Origin: Takakia lepidozioides
Taxonomy: Eukaryota; Plantae; Bryophyta
Assembly: GCA_030704615.1 (NCBI GenBank)
Contig: CM060734.1
Coordinates: 51,274,001-51,338,000 of the forward strand
Length of the DNA stretch: 64,000 bases
Direction of reading: 5' to 3'
Shown here: positions 34,641 to 46,920 of the stretch, piece by piece
Position numbering within the stretch: the stretch's first letter is position 1
Layout: every line of letters begins with the position of its first letter
Made by a program: the position numbers and the translations under genes
Notes under the pieces: model-generated
What the model was told of the DNA's origin: nothing
The model's database searches: none
Seen by the model: only the letters and a program-made list of their open reading frames with translations

Positions 34641-35359
34641 CCTTACCATAAACCAAAAACCTTAATGTACTACCCTAGTTACACTCCAAACCTTATTATA
34701 CTACCATGTTACCTCTTTTCAATGTTTCATGCTCTTTTGTTATTTTCTTTTGTTGGATAAGGTACGATAGAAGGATTACAGGGATATCAAATTCCCCTTA
34801 CATTTATTAATTCGAGCGAGTGTGAGTCTTCCATATTTGTTTGTCCCTTTGTACCATAAATCCAAACCCCGTAAACCCAAACCTTGTTGTGCTAACCTGT
34901 TACCTCTTCCTAATGTTTCATGCTATTTTAATATTTTACTGCCCTTGTTACTCCCAAAACATCATTCCAATGGTGTTGTCTATGAATGTGCTTGACATGA
35001 AGATTCAATTAAAATTAGCAAGTTGTGTCGAGTATGGTAGAGTAGGAGTTTGCCTGATGTTCGATGCGACACATTTGTTTATCGCATAATGTAATATTAT
35101 GACATCATTCGACTTCCCACTGGACGTTTCATGAATTGTTGAGTACTGCAACTCCACAAGCACTTCAATGTCAACTGGACCTCTTATATGACACATTTTG
35201 AAGCAAGTATGATATCACCTATAATTTCACAAAGTTCATTCACACATTACACCATAATATTATTAATATTTGAATTAATTCAGTAATATATTAAGTTTGA
35301 TCCGGATTTAAGCCAAAGTCCAGAATTAGTTCAAATAGGGTTTTATCGTTGGCCCTCCA

Positions 35360-36400
35360 TTGGGGCTCCATTGTAGCGTAGACTGTAGTGAATGGTGCCA
35401 CACAAATAACAAAAGATTCTTCTAACGACAGTATAATGCATGTGTTGTGGCTTGCTTTTAAATTTGGCTATCTGGTTGTGTGCCGGCCATCTGCAACATC
35501 AACCTTCCACTAGCTTCGGAATATGGGAAACCAGTTTCAATTATTTGCTCCTCATCGCTCCCACGCACGTCAAGGTGGCATTTGGATCCGCAAAGGTTGG
35601 TACTAGCGTTGCGTTCTCAAAGCCATATCGCTTCAAGATGCTTATGACGTACCTAGCTTGGTCAATCCAAAGAATCTGTAGATGCCTATCTCAGATTATG
35701 TATAGACCTACAATATAGACATGATCCGCATCGCTCACAATGACCTTAAATTCGTTCCTAATGAACTCAATCATGTCCCACATCCGAACAGTGTTAAGGC
35801 TACGTACAAGGCCCGCGTCATCGACAAATATCGTGGTTATCATAAGCGGTGCTTTCTTATTGGAATACACACAATGATGTGCAGTAGTGGGCTCTAGATC
35901 GTACCCAACAAGGAACTCGTTGAATCGCTTGTTCCAAACCCGACAAGCTTGTTTCAGCTTGTAAAGGCTTTTCTTGAGCTACAAATCTCTTCCTCCAGAT
36001 TCCCATACAAAAAGACCATTTTTATGTCAAACTGGATGATGTGCATATGTTGCGCGGGAGAGAATGTATCTTCACAGTCAATCCCATACTGCTGCGAGTA
36101 GCCCTTTGCCACCAATCGTGCTTTGTACCTCGCAATTGAACCATCTGACTTGGTTTTCACATTAAAGACCCACTTAGACTTGATTGCTTTCTACCAAGTG
36201 GCAGGTCAGCAAGCACCCAAGCATTATTGTTTAGGAGTGATTTGTACTCATCCACCATGGCTTCCTTCCACTCTTTGCATTGCTGGCCACAAATTGCTTC
36301 TTCATAGTTTCTTGGTTCGTCAGGGATGTCCTTTGACACAACAATCCTAGCAAATTTAGAGTTGACTCGGTTGCTCATATAGTAATCGTTGAACTTTGTT
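35360..36400 (-). pseudogene. Ty1/Copia reverse transcriptase relic
   Basis: EPRNYEEA...WKEAMVDEYKSL..NNAWVL; KTKSDGSIARYKARLVAKGYSQQYGID..DTFSP; QFDIKMVFLYGNLEEEI; LKQACRVWN; IFVDD; VRRIFCYLCGTIHYSLRY. Contains frameshifts and internal deletions. Confidence 0.93.
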
Positions 36401-39312
36401 GGAGCTCAATGTGTCCGTCTCAAAGAGTTGCAATCAAGTAACTCACTGTGCTCCTCATGCTGAGGTGCCACAACTTCATACTCAGTAAAAGCAAAAGCGC
36501 ATGATCCAGCAGCTTGGGCCACTGGATTCTCTTATGCTATACGTGTCACAACATTATTGTGCCCATCAGTTGGCTCTACCTTTCCAACTCATAATGGAAA
36601 ATTCCATTATGTTTTGATGGGTACCTACCAGAAGGTTATCCCGATAAAATTGCTCAATCCAAACATGTTGGTGTACCCTCCGGAAGATTGTTCTTATCAT
36701 TTTTTAAAGTTTATAAGAAATCCAAACAAATATGTTTATTACCTTCTGGAAGGATATTTATACCATTGAGTCATGTTTGATGGGTACCTATCATAATGTT
36801 GTTCCTATCAATTATAGTTGTATTTATTGGGAAAGGTATGATCTTGATAAATAGGTATTAACTGGGAAGGTAAGTTAGGAGAAAACTACCTATGAGCGGT
36901 CGCTCCATGGGGAGGAGCCAATAAACACCTCAAACAAACAACCCAGCAACCCTCAGCTAATGCAACGAAGAAAAAATAACTCTCTTATGTCACTGCATGC
37001 GTTCCAAAATGGATGTGACAATGAATGACAATCATCCAACAAAAACATTGGTCTTGTGACAAGGAGGAGAAACCACTTGCGTATACTCTGCCTAGGGGCA
37101 AGCCAACAAATTCACAAATGTATCAATTCTGATGCTACATTTTCATGTTAAAGAAATATTTAGATCATAGAATACAATTGAAAGAGAATCCAAATCAAAC
37201 CAACCAAAAACTGCAAACGTTTACTTGGTTTGTCTATTGTTTATTTAATCTTGTTTATTTGATAGAGGTGGGAAGAGTCGTGCCACAACACATGTAATTT
37301 ATAGTGTCAATTTATCCCCAACAATTATTGCCTTCCGTTGGGAAGGGTGGACACCAATGTTGGAATGGTAGATAGGGTATTGTCCCAAGTAACAAAATAC
37401 CGACCTAGCTGGTAAGTATTTTTAAGATTAAGAACCGGACCTTCTTGTTACTATTGGCACTTCCAAAATCAATACCCTATCTAGGCTAGTATTGGCATTG
37501 AAGGGAACACCCCAACAATACCTGGATTAGGGGCAAAAGCAAGGACCATGTACAAGGTATACGTATTAAGTAAAACTATTAACCAATTTTGGGCGGATGG
37601 ACATCGGTATGTGCAGCCCCAATCACCGCCACATCCTCTTCAATCTTTACCCCACCATGTCCTACCTTGGTGGGCTGCCTCTCTTGGGTGAAAGATTTTT
37701 TGTCTGTCCTGGGAATGCAATATGATCAACGAGAATTGAGGACCTCGTTGCAAATATGAGCATTTTGAAGCTTGTAGATAAATTTCTAACCGGATTTTGC
37801 ACATACCTATAAATATGCATATGTAATGCAAAAGGCCGACTCGCTTTAGCTACATTATTATTTTTTATTTCTTTTAAAAAAAATTCTTGGTGAAACAGGG
37901 ATGGAGCCCTGAGAACTTTATTACTTGATTATTTGAAGGGCAAAAAATTAAAACCCTTGAAGTGCCCGCATGCTGCCATAAGGCTTAACTCACGGAGGAC
38001 CGTGCTGGATAACTCTAGGACCATAACCTGAGAGTGGACTCTCGTATAAACGACATTATGAACCGACATGGGCTTGAAGCCTTATCGAAAACCTTGTAGA
38101 CTTACATTGCTTCAAGAATCCATTAACAGTAACGAAAGTAGGTCTAGATCTACGACAGTGGAGAGAACGGAAAACAGGGAAGCCGAAGGCTGGAGAGGGT
38201 GCTTGGAGGTGGCCGGGAGGGAAGGAGAGAGCAGGGGCGAATCTGATGAGGCAAGAAGAGGGAGAAGCTATTGCTAATTGGCTATCAGGATGAGAACTGC
38301 GAGTCTATCTGTGGAAATGGAGACGAGTTTATAATACATAATTTATTTTTTCTTTGGAAACAAAGTATGAATATAATTTTTATTTAAAAAATAGAAATTT
38401 AAGGTAAAACATCTTTTATTTTTTAGTTCGTAGTTTAAATTATATTTATCTGGGTTGGTAACCAGTTAGCATTATCATTGGAATACCAGTCGAGTTGACA
38501 ACCATCCACAAATCGAGAAATGCTTTTATTGGAAACCGACGAATATTGGCCAACTTGGTATTAAAAAATAAAAAAAATTCAATATCAGGACCTGGCTGGT
38601 ATTAAAAATAATAATACTCATCCGACAACGATGGCTTTTACATGTACGGATACATGAGAAGATACTAATTTAGCGAAGGCTCATCGAATCAGACTTCTTT
38701 AAGATCTTTCCCAATATTTCTGGTTGTCCTAGTTGTAGATCCCACAAATCAGTATAAAACAGATACTATATTTTTATTAGCACACAATACATGTGTGTGA
38801 ATGAAACATAAGTTGCAAAGAAAAAGAAATAAAAAAAGTTGCATGAGTTATCCTACATGTATGCCTTCCAAAATATTCTTCAAGTATGTTAACTTTTCTG
38901 GAATTTGATATATTCTGCGACTATTTTAACTTAATATCTGGAAAAGAAAAAGATTTGAAGAAATACCCCCAGGAAGGTAACCCCTTTAGAGTGAATGAAA
39001 GATTCACATATACACCCTGTACACTTATTTTTGTTGGGTTTGCATGTTGTTGAGTTTTTTGGAACAATCTGAGAATAACATTTTATTTATTTTATAAAAA
39101 ACATGGGTGCGGACATTGCGATGGCGATGAGGCATTAGGTTCTCTCAAATTAATGAGGGCTTGTGAAATGTCCAACCGTCACATGACACAAGAGAAAAGA
39201 GATGATAATTTGGGCTTGCGGAGAAGTATGTTGTGAACTCAGATCTCATGTAGCTTCGAAAGAAAATTTGGAGTAGAAAGCTGGGATATTATCAGGAGAG
39301 TCACCCTTGGCG

Positions 39313-42079
39313 ATGGAGAGTTGGAATTCTACAGTGCCTGCGGCAATTTCAGTGTTGGTTGCAAGCAAGGCATGGATTGGGTGGATGTTGCAATCACTTC
39401 TGGCCGCTACAATTCTTGGTTTCATCTGTCTAAAGATGTCAGTGCGCAAGAAAAAACTACCACCAGGTCCTCCCGCATGGCCAATTGTGGGCAACTTGTT
39501 TTCTTTGGGTGTGCAACCACATAGAAACCTGGCTGAACTTGCTTGGAAAAAATATGGAGGCCTCATGTACATGCACTTTGGGACAACTCCAGTCTTAGTG
39601 GTCTCAAATGCGAAGATGAGTAGGGAGCTGTTCAAAGTCAACGATCTTGCATTTGCCTCAAGACCCGCCTCAACGATTTTTTACACATTTTGCAAGTACT
39701 TGCCAAATGCCATGGGACTCATGGTCTACACACCTCAGCTACGACACTTACGTCAAATATGTAAGACAGAGCTTTTTACAAGTGCAAGGCTGGATGCGTC
39801 ATCAAATCTGCGGTATAAAGGGGTTGTAGAGTTGATAAAGTCTTTTTGGGATTCAACCCAAACACTAGGAGAAGTAGTTGAGATCCATCCTCCCTTGCAA
39901 CGGCTCAATGTAGAAACCATGTACAGGACCCAGCTTGGTCGGTTGTACAGAGCTGATAAACAAGTGCAAGAAAAGCTTGAAATTTTCAAAGACTTGTTTG
40001 AGAAAGTAATAGGTACGGCTGGGAGGCTCAATATTGGCGACCTAATTCCAATGTTGAGGAGGTTTGATCTACAGAGCTATGAGGCCAACTTAAAACAGCT
40101 AAAGCCGATCATTGATGAGATGGGCTCCTACATTTTGAAGGAGCACCGAAAGGCCAAGGCAAATAGGTCGATCACCCATAGTCCAGATCAGTTGGACTTT
40201 ACTGATATACTTATGGAGAACTCTTTATCCGATGAACTCGTGATGTCTCTCATCTTTGTAAGTTATTTTTCTCCACTCTAGCTTTGTCCCCAATCTATTA
40301 CACAATAATCTTTCATTTTGAAAGTGCAAATTTATCGCTGCGGTCAAATGTGATAAAGTTCACGCCTTGGGTTTATAACATTGACAACATGAGAGCACTT
40401 TAAGCACACGTGACACATCAATTACATATTATATAGATTAATTAATGTAATAAGTTGGAGAGTCCATTGAGTAGTTATAGGTATGAAGAACAAAGAAACT
40501 AATATCTGACAACCTGGTTCTACTAGTCGGGGATAGACATGCCACGACGCGCTGATTAGAACTAGAGTACGCTAATGTAATATTATGCTCATTTGAATAC
40601 AGGATATGCAGTCTGGGGCCTCTGATAATATGATCGCATCCATGGAGTGGACACTTATAGAGCTCATTCGACATCCGCACGTGATGAAAGAACTCCAAAA
40701 AGAGATTGATGTTGTGGTTGGAGTTCACCAGAATGTCAAAGAGTTAGACCTTCCCAAGATGCCCTACCTACAGGTATCAATGTGGTTTCTGCCCGATGAG
40801 AGTCCATATCTTGTAACCATCTAGAAAATTTATTATATGCACGATAGTTACACATTCCAATATTTGCAAAAGTTCCTATGTCTCTGTCTCTTATTACATG
40901 ACTATTTATATCAAGGTAAGTCCCCTACCTCACATTAAAGATAATATATCTATAGATTCTCTTTTGTTCCACCTAAACTCATCAGCACTGGGTCTATGGC
41001 CACAAAGCTTATACGACAAGCAACATCTGTATATGAGTGCATTAATTTGGCTAGTCTAGTGTATATGGTCATGAGTTTTTATGTCGACCAGCTCAAAATT
41101 ATTCATGGTCAAGAGTTTTCATGACTGTTGTATCATAATTTTACAATGAAATCCAGAAATTTAAGGATACTGCCAAAACTCCCTCTAATGCAAAAACTCT
41201 TTATAAGGTGGGGGAGAAAAGGTTGAGTACGCTTACCAAAACAAACTAGAACAACGTGGTTTCTAAACTCATCGCCCCACATATCCACACATCTAGTAAC
41301 TGGTTGACCAGGACCCCATTATAGCTGGAGCTATAGTAAGGGATAGCAATTTTTTCTTGCTTCGATCCCCCAAAGAAACTTATAAAGAGCCTCTCCTATA
41401 GTGCTAGGAAGATTAATGCAGGCCCTGGGGAACTCCGGAATTTTGAACTGGAGCTCAACTATATGACCAAAGTGTTCAAAGAGGATAATATGGAGCTGAT
41501 CACAACTTCTACTTGCATGTAACTATTTCTAGCATTTTTGGGTTTTGTTTATGAACGTTTACACTAACAATTCTCACTTGTGGCGCACTGCAGGCAGTCA
41601 TGAAAGAGTCATTTCGTCTCCACCCAAGTGCCGCAATGGGTGTTCCTCGATACAATCCACAAGAAGTCACTAACTTTGCAGGGTATACGATTCCTGCAAA
41701 CACGACGGTCATTTTCAACACTTTTGCCATTCAACGGGATCCTGCAGTGTGGTCAGATCCCAACAAATTCATGCCTGAGCGTTTTTTGAACTCTGGTTTG
41801 AATGTTTTGGGCAATGACGATCAACTTATTCCATTTGGAGGTGGAAGACGCATTTGCATAGGTATGTCATTAGCAATTCGCTTCTATCAATTGACATTAG
41901 CTTCCATGTTGCACGCATTTGACTGGACACCCCCTTTAGGAAAGAGCCCTGCAGACATGGATATCACTGAGGGAAATGGGTTTGTGCTTCACTTGAAAAA
42001 CCCACTATTCGCTACTGCTACACCTCGCCCTGCCGTGAAGGCTTATCTGGAAAGCAGTGATCTTCTAGATAAAGCATAA
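39313..42079 (+). CDS. Cytochrome P450, CYP71 clan (A-type), ~533 aa. Exons 39313-40257, 40603-40773, 41594-42079
   Basis: Membrane anchor followed by KKLPPGPPAWPIVGNL; FASRP; K-helix ESFR; PERF; heme motif PFGGGRRICIG. Two phase-0 GT-AG introns and no disabling lesions. Confidence 0.95.
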
Positions 42080-43151
42080 ACTTAGAACTGTATAAATACT
42101 GGATAATTACATAATTTACTATGCAATTATATCTAGAAAACTACTTTGTCTAGTTCACATATGATCATTTAATTGCATATCATATTGAAAGATTGTTTTG
42201 CAACATTCCATCTAAATTTAGAATTCCATTCAATGAGAAAACTGAAGTATTGTATACAACTTCACCCTATTTTTATGAATGCAACAGTAGACCACGTGAT
42301 AGGAAAAACCTCCCCTCTTGATTCAACGAGCTCTGTGCATTATGCATCAAGCGATTCATATAGAAAATGGGCTGGTCAATGATCCGATGATTGATCTTGT
42401 GCCAATGTCGTAGAGTGCATTGAATACATATTATCAGTTTTTACAAGTAAGTTTTAGAAAATTTTGAGATGAAATTCACTCTAATATTTCTGGCTCCGTT
42501 TTCTTCTATGAATAATTAATGCTCTTGATCGCAATGTCTCAGAACACTTGTTGCGTGAAAGAGCTTCATGAGTGAGACTCAGTGTTATGATAATACGAGA
42601 AGCATTCACTTCATAATTGTCTCCATGCTTTTATCATCTAGACTGTTTTTGTATAGTGTCGTACATCTCATGCTGTCAACCAGCTTGCACAAAAATCAAT
42701 CTATTCACGTCCATCGTGTTGCGTCTATTTTCTTCCTTCTTATCTTCCATTTCAAGAATAAAAAACCTCTAGATACTCACCTTCTTGATTAGTCTACCAT
42801 TGTATTGTACTAGGCTTCCATCCACCTTCTTATGTCTCATTACTATTATGTTATGATAACATTATGCCTCAAGACAACATACCATGTCCACAAGATTCCA
42901 ATGCAAATGCCTCTATCTCTACTTAATATGCCACCTTTATTCTAGATGTCCCCCTTCCATGTTTGCAGGCCGGTTCACCCAGAGCGGCGGTGCCCTACAA
43001 CATAACTTAGTCATAGTTAGGATTTGAAATGTATGTACATTGTCTAGCAGTCCATTCCAAGCCGGCCTCATCATAATTAATACATGGTATGTCGCGGCCC
43101 TTTGCCTTGAGGGTGGGGGGTCGAGACACAAGAAGGGCTGCCCCTGTGGTG

Positions 43152-44781
43152 TGTCACGGACATAGCCCAGAGGAGGGAGTAAATACCAGAAGTTACCAAG
43201 TTACCAAAAGTTACCGTGATCTACCATGATCTACCATGATTTACCATAAGTTACCATTAGTTACCAAGTTACCGGGAGTTTATCAAATTACCGAGAGTAA
43301 CTTGGGAAACTGCTCAGAAAGCTTCATTTGGATGAAACTTCTCCATCAAAATACCTTCTTTGTTTAAGAAAACTTCTCCATCAAGAAACCTCCTTTGGGG
43401 AAGCCTCTTAGGGAACCTCCTAGTATCCAGTATATATAGGAGGCGAGACTGGACACTCTTCAGTCTCGCCAACACCAGTTCAAGCTACTCTTGTTTCTAG
43501 TTCCCAGTACTCTATCCCAGTTTCCAGTATCTGGTACTCCAGTCCAGTTTCCAGCATTCCAGTATTCAAGTCGTATTCCAATATCTTCTACTCTTGTTCA
43601 TTGTTTTAAATATCATCTCGATTCCTATTTATTCATCATGCATTCGGCCACGCCGACTTTGACTTCTTGTCTAGTCTTGTACCTCTAGTTTGATCTCTTG
43701 TTTGTGTTCAGTCATGTTCTTGTCCTTGACAGTTTGGCGAGACTAAAGTTTGTTCTTTAATTAGTTAAGATGGAAGGCACATTTGCGAAAATGGTCGCCA
43801 CATTGCAGAGTCTTCAGCTCCAGATGCAAGAACTTCGTAACTCTACTGCCCAATTGCAAGCTGATCAGTCTCAAGATCTTGACAATGCTCTCTACAATTT
43901 GCAACAACAAATTTCAGAGTTAAAGGAGTTGAACAATGGATCTTCAACCATACGAGTCTCTACTACAACAGCTCCTACTGCAACGGTTCATCTTCAACAG
44001 ATTACGAGAGAACCAAAGATCAGCATGCCCGAGAAATTTGAGGGGACGAGATCAAGATTTCGCGGTTTTATTCAACAAGTACGACTGTGCCTACGACTAC
44101 ATCCACAATACTGCCCCGATGAAGATATTCAAGTGGGATTCGTGGGCACCATTTTATCAGGCACTGCCCTATCTTGGTTTGCACCGTTATTAGAAAAAAA
44201 AATCGCATTTACTATATAATTTTGAAGCATTCATGTCCGAGTTCACTACAACGTTTGGAGAGAATAATAGAGAGAGAGTTGCCGAGACAAAGATGCGAAA
44301 TCTTCGACAAAGAGCACGTCCTGCTTCCGTTTATGCTGCCGAATTTCGACAACTTGCGTGCGATCTCGACTGGAATGAGAAGAGCCTCATTAGTCAGTTT
44401 CGATGTGGGCTAAAAGATGATATAAAAAACTTGTTGCAGACAATGCCAAACGTGAGCACACTGAGTGAAATCATCACCCAAGTCATTGCATGCGATAATC
44501 GTTTACATCAAGAGAAGCGATCTGGATGGTCGACGACGCATCATGCCGCTGCTACTACGGCACCAAACACAACGATCCATCAGACATCCGGTAGTGATCC
44601 CCTGCAGATTGATGCTGTCCGATTCAAGCCATTGATGCCACAAGGAAAACAAAGACGGCGCTCGAATGGATTATGCCTCTATTGCGGAGAAGAAGATCAC
44701 ATAGCATTAAACTGCCCCAACAAGAGAAGATTCAAAGCTCACTCAAGTGGAGGTTTACTATTTCATGAGCAGAAACCATGA
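43152..44781 (+). mobile_element. 5' LTR plus gag of a Ty3/Gypsy element (Tf1/sushi/Tcn1-like), truncated before pol
   Basis: LTR at 43152-43731 with terminal inverted repeats TGTCACGGACA/TGTCCTTGACA, TATA at 43431, PBS at 43734-43744. Gag frames 43770-44219 and 44233-44781 (PEKFEGTR..FRGF; LSGTALSWF; LRQ...ASVYAAEFRQLA; CLYCGEEDHIALNC) are split by a frameshift at an A-run near 44195. Confidence 0.9.
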
Positions 44782-45754
44782 GCCATGAGCCGCATGAGCC
44801 GCATGAGCCGAAGTCTAAGACACGCGGATTTCATGAGCGGACTCCTCCAAATTTGGAAATGCGGCAGATTACAAAAGTATTAAAATAATAGTTTTTTATT
44901 TGACCTTGTTGTTTTTGGAAGTTCCAGATCCTATAATGCGGCGAAGATATGTCGTCAGTAACAACTCCGCTCATGGAAATGAGTGACCGTGCAACGAGAA
45001 ATCCAGTATACCACGGCAAAAGGACGTCGCATACTGGCCTGTATAGAGTATTCCGCGGTTTTACATGCCTTAACATTGGAATGAAGCTGACCCTTCTGCC
45101 GCGATTGAACCAATAGAGTCTATGCTCTTGGTAGTGTGAGCTTTGTGGTGGATAGTTGACCAAACAAGTGGTGCATGCTCTCTTGAGTTTGTAAGTTCAA
45201 GTTTGAGAAGGGGAGCTCTTGAACTAGCAAGAGGTGAGGGCCTTGAGATCCATTTGTGTGTGAAGTGGAGAGGTGTTGATTCATGTTACAATAAAGGAGA
45301 GCAACACATAGGCCAACATGGAACATGCATTCAATGACCAAGGGGAGCACATGGATGACGGATTAGTGCAAGACCCCAAATGAGACATATGGCGTGAGAG
45401 TGGGATCCAAGGTGGATTGCTTGGGAGCATATTGTAAGTGATAAGCATTGCTCCTACACATTGAGATAATTTGTATTGATTTGGAGCAATTGGCAAGTGA
45501 TAAGGAGACAAATGCATGATTGCTCGGCAATGGAGATATGATACTTTGCAATCAAATAAAAGGGACTAGAAGGGGGATTGATTTGGTGACCAATGATTGC
45601 AAGTTAAGTTAGACCACTCTTGGTTGCACATTGGGGTGGAAGAGAGCAAGAAGATGCCTCTTACGACCACCTAGAGACCATATTTTTGCTTGAGTAGAAG
45701 CATAGAAGTCAAGGACTTGCATTCTAGCTCTTCATTATAAACCCTAGTAGTGTA

Positions 45755-46130
45755 TGCTCAGACTATACCTCTGTTAGTATACCAAACATGAGCTTGTCCA
45801 TTTTACTATACCTCTACTGAGGTATCACCATATGTAAACCCTAATCAGCTCAGACTATACCTCTGTTAGTATACCAAACAAAACCCTCATTCTCATACTA
45901 TATTTCTGTAAAGGTATCATCAATATAAGGGACCCTAACAACCTCAGACTATACCTCTATTAAGGTATCAACATTGAAAGGACTTAGTGAAATTTAAGGG
46001 CCTTTGGATGATTGTTTGGAAGATATTTGAGGGCCCTCAGAGTATCATTTGGAGGACTATTGGGAGTCTTTGGAGGACTGTTTGGGGTCCTTGGAGAACC
46101 ATTTGGAGGACTATTTGGGGTCCTTGGAGG
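45755..46130. repeat. Short tandem repeats: three copies of CTCAGACTATACCTCT, then ~11 bp TTTGGAGGACT units
   Basis: Copies near 45757, 45849 and 45943; the 11-mer array spans ~46000-46130. Confidence 0.75.
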
Positions 46131-46269
46131 CCAAAATTTGGCGAACTTGAGGAGTCTTTGGTGACCTGTGTGAGAGACTATTTGGGGTCCTCGAGGGCCA
46201 AGTTTTGGCAGGCTCTTGGGGCCTTGGTGTACTGTTTTGGAGTCCCATTGTACAAGGATTGGGAGCCTT

Positions 46270-46920
46270 AGTCCCCTGTCGCCTCACCATATCTGCCCAG
46301 GCGACGGTTGGGCGACATGCGCTGGTGGGGCGACGGGGACGGATGGGCAACTGTCAGGCCACTACCAAACGACAGCCGGATGACCGACAACAGTGGGGCG
46401 GCCGTCGGGCGACAAATGATGATAGGACAACCCACAAATGGACTCTCAGGAGATCGACAACGGTTTGGGCGACTGTGGAGCGACCGCCGATCGATAGGCG
46501 ATGGTTGGGCGACCGTCGATTGACCGCCGGGCCATGGGCGACGGTGGGGTGCCCCGAACGACCGCCAGACGACGGACGATGGTGGGGACGACCGTCAACC
46601 GACTGCCCGGGCAATGGTGGGGCAACCACTGACCGAAAGCCGAGCTGCAAGTGATGGTCGCCCCGATGTCGCCCATGACAAGAGGTCATCCCACCGTCGC
46701 TCCGCTATCACCCCACTGTTGCCCCGCCCCCGAGGTCTCCTGGCGGTCGCCCCACGGTCGCTCCATTGTCGCCCCAATGTAACATGTTGCCCAACGGTCG
46801 TCCGGAGGTCGCTCCGCCGTTGCGATAGTGGGGCGACTGCCGAGCGACAACAAGGCGACCTTGGGCGAGGGGCAACGGTGGGGCGATCATCGGTCGACGG
46901 CATCGATCGCCCGACCGGAA
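46270..46920. repeat. GC-rich GGCGAC/GTCGCC motif array, probably transposon-derived
   Basis: GGGCGAC/CGACC dominate 46290-46640 and the reverse complement GTCGCC dominates 46655-46830. The overlapping ORFs on both strands are compositional artefacts. Confidence 0.65.

Noticed and set aside
31570-35390. Possible CACTA termini (CACTATAG ... CTGTAGTG)
   Set aside because: The right-hand motif is part of the Copia RT coding sequence (HYSL), the match is short, and there is no 3 bp target-site duplication.
45130-45750. Copia-like 3' region with purine tracts (AGAAGGGGGATTG near 45570; also AAGAGGGGGAG near 32563)
   Set aside because: Suggestive of PPTs, but no matching LTR pair or coding remnant could be supported.
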